A program made the position numbers and the translations under genes. The notes below the pieces were generated by a model that was given only the letters and a program-made list of their open reading frames with translations, had not been told where the DNA came from and searched no databases. This document shows positions 47,499 through 54,975 of a DNA stretch of 54,975 bases, one piece after another. This DNA comes from Limisphaerales bacterium (lineage in GTDB: Bacteria > Verrucomicrobiota > Verrucomicrobiia > Limisphaerales > JAYPEY01), in contig JBLHKZ010000003.1 of NCBI GenBank assembly GCA_047618185.1, positions 1 through 54,975 on the forward strand, in the 5' to 3' direction. Numbering within the stretch: the first letter of the stretch is position 1; every line of letters begins with the position of its first letter.

Positions 47499-48772
47499 AA
47501 TGACTGAGCCGCCTCGCCCAGCCGCTTGATGCCCTCCCGAATCCGCGCCGCGCTCGCCGCGCCGAAGCTCAACCGCATTTCACAATTCGGCTTTCGCCGC
47601 GTCGGGTCGTCCGCGTAGCAAAGCTGCCCCGGCACGTAGAGGACATCGCGTTCGAGCGTCGCGGCAAACAGCTTTGATTTGAGACCCGTCGCCACTCGGC
47701 GGGAAAAACGCGCCCAGACATTCAGCCCGCCGCGAGGCTCCGCCCAGTCGGCGACGTCCGCGCAATGCCGCTTCAGGGCGCCCAGCATTACCCGCGCCTT
47801 GGTTCCATATCGAACGCGCAGCGCCTGCACGTGAGTTTCGTACACGCCCGACGAAAGGGCCTCCCGAAGAATTTGCTGCGGCAGATTGGAAGTCCCAAAA
47901 TCGTGGTTCCCCTTGATCCGCATGACCGCCGGGAAAAGATCCTCTGGCGCCAGGCCAAACCCCACCCGGATGCCGGTCGCGAAGGGCTTGCTGTAGGTGC
48001 CCGAATAGATCACGCGCTCCTCCGCGCCGGGCAGTGTCAGCGCGGAAGGCGTGTCCTCGCCGGCAAAAAGCAACTCCCGGTAAGCCGCGTCCTCAAGCAG
48101 ATAGATCGGGTGGCCAGCGGCGCGCTCGTAACACCTCAACAATTCCAACGCCGCTTTCTTCTTCGCGAGGCTCGTCGTCGTCCCGGTCGGATTCTGATGA
48201 TACGAGACCAGATACAGCGCCTTGAGCCTCGGCAGGTCGCCGGCGCGCTTCAATTCCTCCAGCCGCGCTTCGAGGCTCGCGATGTCAATGCCATCGGCCT
48301 CCATGCGCACACCTCGACACCGCATTCCGCGGCTCTGCCCGATGCCGAGATAAACAAAATAGGTCGGGTCCTCCACCAGCACGATGTCGCCCGGGTCGAA
48401 CAACGCCTCGCTGACCATGTAGAGAAACTGCTGCGAGCCATGCGTCATCATCAGTCGATCCACGGCGTGCGCGCCGGATCCCGGCTTCGCCCCGTCCTGC
48501 TCCCGAATTCGCTTCGCAGTCAACTCGCGCAAATGAGCGTCGCCCGCGCCGGTTCCATATTGCAGCGCGCTTTGTCCGCGGGCCGGCGACCCCAGAATCT
48601 TCTCCAGCAATTCACGCGTGGCATCGACAGGCAACGAAGGATTGTCGGTGAAGCCGGCGGCAAGGGAGATCAACTTCGGCCGATCCAGCGCCAGCTTCAT
48701 CAGCCAGGCGATCGGCGGTTCATCCGTGCGGAGACCGAGCTCCGACAAAGCTGTTTGATTGGATCGACGCAC
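47495..48772 (-). CDS. PLP-dependent class I/II aminotransferase (LysN/MocR-AT-like, no HTH)
   Basis: ISLAAG, VEDPTY, QNPTG, EDAAY and GTYSK..ATGIRVG. Confidence 0.9.
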   Translation of the reverse strand: MRRSNQTALSELGLRTDEPPIAWLMKLALDRPKLISLAAGFTDNPSLPVDATRELLEKILGSPARGQSALQYGTGAGDAHLRELTAKRIREQDGAKPGSGAHAVDRLMMTHGSQQFLYMVSEALFDPGDIVLVEDPTYFVYLGIGQSRGMRCRGVRMEADGIDIASLEARLEELKRAGDLPRLKALYLVSYHQNPTGTTTSLAKKKAALELLRCYERAAGHPIYLLEDAAYRELLFAGEDTPSALTLPGAEERVIYSGTYSKPFATGIRVGFGLAPEDLFPAVMRIKGNHDFGTSNLPQQILREALSSGVYETHVQALRVRYGTKARVMLGALKRHCADVADWAEPRGGLNVWARFSRRVATGLKSKLFAATLERDVLYVPGQLCYADDPTRRKPNCEMRLSFGAASAARIREGIKRLGEAAQSL

Positions 48773-48876
48773 GGCGAATGTTATGCTCGAAATCTGGAAA
48801 TCACAAATCCGAAGACGGCGCCACGAACCAGTCGCCGGTCCTTGGAGACTTCGGCTCGCCGCGGAATCTCAGGCGT

Positions 48877-49947
48877 TCAAGTCCGGGCTCGAAACCGCAG
48901 CATGATCATCAGAAAGATGGAAGCAACCACGAGGAATGCGACCACAATCCACGGTCGCCGCGCCTCCCTTTCCTCCGGCGTATCGGGGACTCTGCCGATC
49001 AAAACCAAGTTCGTGCCTTTCACCTCATAGAGCTCTCGCGCTTTTTCAACCTGCAAGACCGTTTCATTCGTGTTGAAAAATCCCTCGTATGAAAAAACAC
49101 TCTCAGGCAATAGCGCGTTCGTCGTCATCAGCGAAAAAATCTCAAAACTCCGGTAGAATCTACTCTTGCCCCCGACAATCGCCCGAATCTTCACATCGTC
49201 CGGCAGTGCGGTTGAGTTGGTCGGGCTGTACGCGTATTGGACCGTCCAGAAATTCGTCACCGTCGTCCCCATGTCCTGCCGCGCAAAGTCAGGGCCGACC
49301 ACGGTGTAGTCCAGCCCGACCGGCGTTTCATTTTCCACCCGCAGAGCCCCTTCAAGTTTCCGGCCCCAGACATCGACCGCCTTGAATGATTCACCAGCCC
49401 AAACAACACCCCCGGGCTCAACCATCAGCACGCCAAAATTTACCGCCGGAGAAGCGCGAATCAGCGCCCGAATATACATGCCGTATCCGCCAGATGAATC
49501 GCGATCCGGCTGGCCTTCATCCACCCAGGTGATCACGTTGGTGGCGTTCGGCTGGAAACTCCAATAGTTGGTCTCGTAATAGCCGATGAGATCCAGACCC
49601 ACCATCGATCGGGGCTTGATCAAATCGCCTCGCTCTTTGCCGTCTCGATAGAACAACGCGTTCGTTTGCCACCGCAGGAACGAGTAACGTTTATGCGTCG
49701 GCGTGCTCGGCCCCGTTTCCTGCCACACGAATTCGCTGATCACGGGCGGCGACTGCATGAAGCTCTTCAACGACGAAACTCGGTCGGTTCGCGCGTTTTG
49801 GCCCGACGGCGCCGCCTTCAAATCGACATACGCCGCCAAGCAGGCCAACGACACACAAGTCGCGAGCCTGCCACCCGACTTCCACCGGCCCAAACCAGCG
49901 TGCGTTCGACGGACCAACCTGGCGCTGAGTTCATTCTTGCGGATCAT
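48877..49947 (-). CDS. Hypothetical exported protein with C-terminal TM anchor
   Basis: Long ORF with a signal-like segment and C-terminal WIVVAFLVVASIFLMIMLRFRART. Start is uncertain. Confidence 0.65.
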   Translation of the reverse strand: MIRKNELSARLVRRTHAGLGRWKSGGRLATCVSLACLAAYVDLKAAPSGQNARTDRVSSLKSFMQSPPVISEFVWQETGPSTPTHKRYSFLRWQTNALFYRDGKERGDLIKPRSMVGLDLIGYYETNYWSFQPNATNVITWVDEGQPDRDSSGGYGMYIRALIRASPAVNFGVLMVEPGGVVWAGESFKAVDVWGRKLEGALRVENETPVGLDYTVVGPDFARQDMGTTVTNFWTVQYAYSPTNSTALPDDVKIRAIVGGKSRFYRSFEIFSLMTTNALLPESVFSYEGFFNTNETVLQVEKARELYEVKGTNLVLIGRVPDTPEEREARRPWIVVAFLVVASIFLMIMLRFRART

Positions 49948-50036
49948 TTCGACAATTGGCCAACGACGACAGTTGAATAACACCAAAAAAACTGCGCTGA
50001 ATCTCGTCCCGCGCAGCTTTGGTCGCGAAAAAATTA

Positions 50037-50510
50037 TCAACCCCCTGTCGTTGGACACATTGTGCCGGTGTTGGGGCTTGGGCGACCAATGTTATCGACC
50101 ATGCAGGTCCCGGTCTGAGCCTGCCCCTGTCCGTCGGTATACTGGCAGGGAAACGTGCACAGCGAGTCATACGCCAAGGTGTCGCGACCTTGCGTGTTGT
50201 CTGCGGGATCGGTGGTGGTATAGCTGGCCGCGCTCGCGTTCTGTGTGGCATAGCCGTCAAACGGACCTTCGGTCACCGCTTCGCCGGACTCCGGATCAAT
50301 ATAGGTGAACAACAAGCAATCCCAATACGTGACGTTGTTCTGCGTAAACTGGCCGGCTACACAACCGGAGCTCGCTGACGTCATGGGTTGCCCCGGGGGA
50401 GCCACCGAAGCGCAGGAAGCGATTGCGGCCCAGTAGCAGTCATTCTCATTAGCCACAATATTCAGGGCGATTGCGGCGAAAACGAATAAGAGTACAGTCG
50501 TTTTCTTCAT
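50037..50510 (-). CDS. Small secreted Cys-rich protein (157 aa, 8 Cys)
   Basis: Signal peptide MKKTTVLLFVFAAIALNIVA starting at ATG 50510, with an AT-rich upstream region. Confidence 0.72.
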   Translation of the reverse strand: MKKTTVLLFVFAAIALNIVANENDCYWAAIASCASVAPPGQPMTSASSGCVAGQFTQNNVTYWDCLLFTYIDPESGEAVTEGPFDGYATQNASAASYTTTDPADNTQGRDTLAYDSLCTFPCQYTDGQGQAQTGTCMVDNIGRPSPNTGTMCPTTGG

Positions 50511-50761
50511 TCGATTTACGTATTTTTGGTTTGTGATTTCATTATTCAAACTGTGGGTCCCTTGGTTGAAGCGAACAGGCCATTTCGCAACTGCCAGGTC
50601 AAGTTCCAATTTTGAGGCGTTCAATTCTTCTATCGCAGATTGAGAGGGCATTCGAGACGCCCTCCGCGGCACGGGGCAGGCCCCGCGGACAAGTCTCAAG
50701 GGCAACGGTTCACTCGCGGAAGGCAATCGTTGGGATCATACCCGTCACGGTTTTGCGACGC

Positions 50762-51598
50762 TCACTCCAACGTCTTGAGGAACTCCTCCAAAGCGTCCAG
50801 GTAACCCCGGCGATTCGCAAAGAGCGTTTCGTTATGACCGCCATCCAACTCGCGAAACAACTTCGGCTCGTTGGCCGCCTGGAAATTCTTCTCACCATGA
50901 TGGAAGCCGACGATTTCATCCCCGCGACTGTGAAGCACGAGAACCGGAGCCATGATTCGCGGCAGCTTGCTGAGGGTGTCGTACTTGATCGAACTCAGCA
51001 GTCGCACCGGCAGAAACCAAAAAATTTCCGCGCCCACGTCCGGGATGCTCGTGAAGGTTCGCTCAAGGATCAGGGCCTTGATCGGCTCACGCAACGCCAA
51101 CTCGGAGCCGACGCCGCCGCCCAGCGACTCGCCCAGCACGATGATATTCGTCGCCGCGAAGCCGCGATCCGCCAGCCAACGATGCGCGGCCTGCGCGTCA
51201 CGATACGTGCCTTCCTCGCCCGGCTTGCCCTCGCTATTTCCATAACCGCGATAGTCAAAGGCAAACACGCTCGCGCCCGTCTCCAACAAGGCTTCATATT
51301 GCCCCAGCCGCCCGCTGATATTCCCCGCGTTGCCGTGGCATTGCAGGATCGCCCAGTCCTTGCGCGGGGAAGCGGCGTCCGCGGGGAAGAACCAACCATG
51401 CAGCTTGACGCCATCTTCGGCCTCGAAAAGCGCCTCTTCAAACGCGCGCCCCAGTGACGACGCCTCGCCATGGATCTTCCGGCTCGGGTGATAGACCTGA
51501 CTGGTTTCAAACTGACGAAAAAACATACAGCCGCCGGAGGTGAATAGCAGAGCGATGAACAGAATGCGCAGGATCCTTTTTCGCTTCAACGCCGCCAT
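50762..51598 (-). CDS. Alpha/beta hydrolase (ABHD13/YfhR-like)
   Basis: HGNAGN, DYRGYG, GESLGG, HSRGDE and GGHN. Start placed at ATG 51598. Confidence 0.9.
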   Translation of the reverse strand: MAALKRKRILRILFIALLFTSGGCMFFRQFETSQVYHPSRKIHGEASSLGRAFEEALFEAEDGVKLHGWFFPADAASPRKDWAILQCHGNAGNISGRLGQYEALLETGASVFAFDYRGYGNSEGKPGEEGTYRDAQAAHRWLADRGFAATNIIVLGESLGGGVGSELALREPIKALILERTFTSIPDVGAEIFWFLPVRLLSSIKYDTLSKLPRIMAPVLVLHSRGDEIVGFHHGEKNFQAANEPKLFRELDGGHNETLFANRRGYLDALEEFLKTLE

Positions 51599-51872
51599 CG
51601 CGGGACTCTGCCACACGACCCCCCGAATAACGAGCTTGCAGCCTTTGCCGCGCGCGTTCGAAAGTGATGGGTGTTTCTTGGGCTGGAAGCCCTGCTCGAC
51701 CCCGCCCTCCGGATCGAAACCCAAACCCGGGGCCCGGAACACCCCCAGCTCCTGGTCGCCTTACCCAGTCGCAGCCCGATTGAAATAGGCGCGCGGTCTC
51801 CGGCAAGCATCGAAGCCCGCCAACCCCCCCCCGCGCTTGCGCCGCCCGATACGCGGCGCTAAAAGTTTCGCC

Positions 51873-52067
51873 ATGGACGCCAGAACTCCCCAGCCCGACG
51901 ACGGCGGCAGCGGCGCCTCCGCCGAAGCCTGCCCCGCCGGTTCAAGCGACGTTTCCGGTGAATACTGGCGCTGGTGCCCGCGCTGCGGCGGCGAGCTGCA
52001 CAATGAAAAATGCAAACTGCGCTGCCGCAAATGCCACTACTTCATGAGCTGCTCGGACTTTGACTGA
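51873..52067 (+). CDS. Small zinc-ribbon protein
   Basis: CPRCGG...CKLRCRKCHYFMSCSD; 64 aa. Confidence 0.7.
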   Translation: MDARTPQPDDGGSGASAEACPAGSSDVSGEYWRWCPRCGGELHNEKCKLRCRKCHYFMSCSDFD

Positions 52068-52199
52068 ACAATCTCGGCCGACCGCGATTCTTTGGGTTTG
52101 TTTTTCCCCGGACGACCGTTAACGTTGCGCCCTCAAATGGCGGACCCAGGTCCGTTAGTCAAAAAATGAAACCCCGCCCCGGTCCGCGACGTTTCGCCA

Positions 52200-53291
<1,092 letters not shown>

Positions 53292-53393
53292 TTTTGACCT
53301 GAGAGGGACGCCGTCTCCCTCAAACACGTCATCGCCTTCTCTTCCGACGCTTTTTAGCTGACGCGCCGCCGTTTCTGGAAAATCCTTTTCCGC

Positions 53394-54170
53394 ATGGGCG
53401 ACGGGCTAAATCGATTCTGGATCTATCGACTGCATATTCCTTTTCGCGACTTCGCGCACGGTTGTCGTTCCACCAGCCGTTCCATTCGCACCGCCCTCGG
53501 CTTGAGAAAAAAGCGCGCCAACGAAACCGGCTGGAAACTCCCCACCGTGCATTGGTCCACCCTCTGCAAATCCTCCGGAACCCGCTTTCTTGAGACCGAC
53601 AAGGCCGACGGCAACGTGAATCTCACCGAGCTGGCCACGCTCAATGCCCTTTGCCGCACCTATTCGCCAAAGGAGATTTTTGAAATCGGCACCTTCGACG
53701 GCCGCACCACGCTCAACCTCGCGCTGAATTGCGAAGCCAACGTCGCCACTCTCGACCTCCCCGCCGAGGAGCTCGAATCCTCCGAGGTCATCGGCGCCGA
53801 CAAACGCTACGTCGACAAGCCCTACTCGGGCGCCCGCTTCACCTCCCCGCCGCACAACGCGCTGCCCTGCGTCAAACGCATCACCCAGCATCTGGGCGAT
53901 TCGGCGAAATTCGATTTCTCGCCTTGGCACGGCAAGATCGATTTCATCTTCGTCGACGGCGCGCACAGCTACGATTTCGTAGTCAACGATTCCGAGATCG
54001 CCCTGAAGCTGCTCAACCCCGACGGCGGCGTCATCGCCTGGCACGACTACGGCGTCTGGCCCGACGTCGCCAAGGCGCTCAAGGAACTGACCGAGAAGAA
54101 TCCCGACCTGCCATTGGTGCACGTGAAAGGAACCAGCCTCGCGATATCCGTCAGCGCGAAACGCAACTGA
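53394..54170 (+). CDS. Class I SAM-dependent methyltransferase (Methyltransf_24-like)
   Basis: FEIGTFDG, DFIFVDGAHSY and GGVIAWHDY. Confidence 0.88.
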   Translation: MGDGLNRFWIYRLHIPFRDFAHGCRSTSRSIRTALGLRKKRANETGWKLPTVHWSTLCKSSGTRFLETDKADGNVNLTELATLNALCRTYSPKEIFEIGTFDGRTTLNLALNCEANVATLDLPAEELESSEVIGADKRYVDKPYSGARFTSPPHNALPCVKRITQHLGDSAKFDFSPWHGKIDFIFVDGAHSYDFVVNDSEIALKLLNPDGGVIAWHDYGVWPDVAKALKELTEKNPDLPLVHVKGTSLAISVSAKRN

Positions 54171-54207
54171 CCGAGTTTCAACTATCAACCCGAACCGAAA
54201 GGCCGTC

Positions 54208-54975
54208 ATGCCGCTCGACTCCATTCCCAATCGCAAGATCCTGATAGGCGTCATTCACCTCAAGCCGCTTCCCGGCTCCCCGCGATGGGCGGGCGACATG
54301 GAGGCGCTCGTCGACGCGGCCCTCGCCGACGCACAAGCCTACGAGCAAGGCGGAGCGGACGCCGTCATCGTCGAGAACTTCGGCGACGCGCCCTTCGCCA
54401 AAAGCGCCGTGGGGCCCGAGACGATCGCCGCCATGGCCCGCGCCGGAGCCGCCGTGCGACAATCGATCAAAATCCCCCTCGGCTTCAACGTCCTGCGCAA
54501 CGACGCCCGCGCCGCGCTCGCTCTTTGCTCGGCCTGCGAAGGCGCCTTCATCCGGGTCAACGTGCACAGCGGATCCATGTTGACCGACCAGGGACTGATT
54601 GAAGGCAAAGCTCATGAAACCCTGCGCGAACGACAACGCCTGTGCCCCAACGTGAAAATCCTCGCCGACGTTCACGTCAAACACGCCACGCCGCTGGGTT
54701 CCGAATCGCTCGAAGACGCCGCCTGCGACACGCTCGAACGCGGCCTGGCCGACGCGTTGATCATCTCCGGCACGGGAACGGGCAAAGCCACCGACCCCGG
54801 CATCGCCCGCCGCCTGCACAGAGCGCTCCCCAACGCAAAGATATTGATCGGCAGCGGCGTCGACGCAAAGAACGTGGAGAAACTCCTGCCCTTCGCCAAC
54901 GGCGTCATCGTCGGAAGCTCGCTCAAGGTAAAAGGAAAACTCGACAACCCGGTCGATGAGAAACGCGTCAAAGCG
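54208..54975 (+). CDS. BtpA/SgcQ-family protein (partial, runs off the window)
   Basis: MPLDSIPNRKILIGVIHLKPLPGSP...VIVENFGDAPF...NVLRND...ADVHVKH...IGSGV. It is absent from the ORF track because there is no stop in the window. Confidence 0.9.
   Translation, partial: MPLDSIPNRKILIGVIHLKPLPGSPRWAGDMEALVDAALADAQAYEQGGADAVIVENFGDAPFAKSAVGPETIAAMARAGAAVRQSIKIPLGFNVLRNDARAALALCSACEGAFIRVNVHSGSMLTDQGLIEGKAHETLRERQRLCPNVKILADVHVKHATPLGSESLEDAACDTLERGLADALIISGTGTGKATDPGIARRLHRALPNAKILIGSGVDAKNVEKLLPFANGVIVGSSLKVKGKLDNPVDEKRVKA

Overview
A GC-rich bacterial chromosomal window. Gene style, including the C-terminal 'W...FFRIV' tail on a secreted protein, suggests Verrucomicrobiota/PVC (inference). Left to right it holds: (i) a sucrose-phosphate synthase/phosphatase plus GH32-like hydrolase pair between two integrase-core IS fragments and a MITE-like element; (ii) a RodZ-like HTH gene, a REP/RAYT relic and a degenerate TerC-PGPGW fusion; (iii) tamB-tamA/Omp85, cbpA-cbpM, xfp-ackA, a DUF21 gene and secA; (iv) a ~19.5 kb phosphate-acquisition island; (v) NhaR-like LysR divergent from SulP and beta-carbonic anhydrase; (vi) an aminotransferase, a Cys-rich secreted protein with a membrane-anchored neighbour, a hydrolase, a Zn-ribbon mini-protein, MoxR, a methyltransferase and a partial BtpA. 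In the island, a Vibrio TonB2-like operon (DUF3450, TtpC-like, ExbB, 2x ExbD, TonB, TPR) leads to a TonB-dependent receptor and a 964-aa secreted tandem-duplicated beta-helix-like protein. It is divergent from a broken PiT gene, an OprO/P porin and pstSCAB-phoU. Pho-box-like 11-bp repeat arrays precede four of the island's units. The best candidate for an undescribed system is this apparently Pho-regulated TonB-dependent scavenging apparatus. No rRNA, tRNA or CRISPR array was seen. All family calls come from motif recognition, not database searches.
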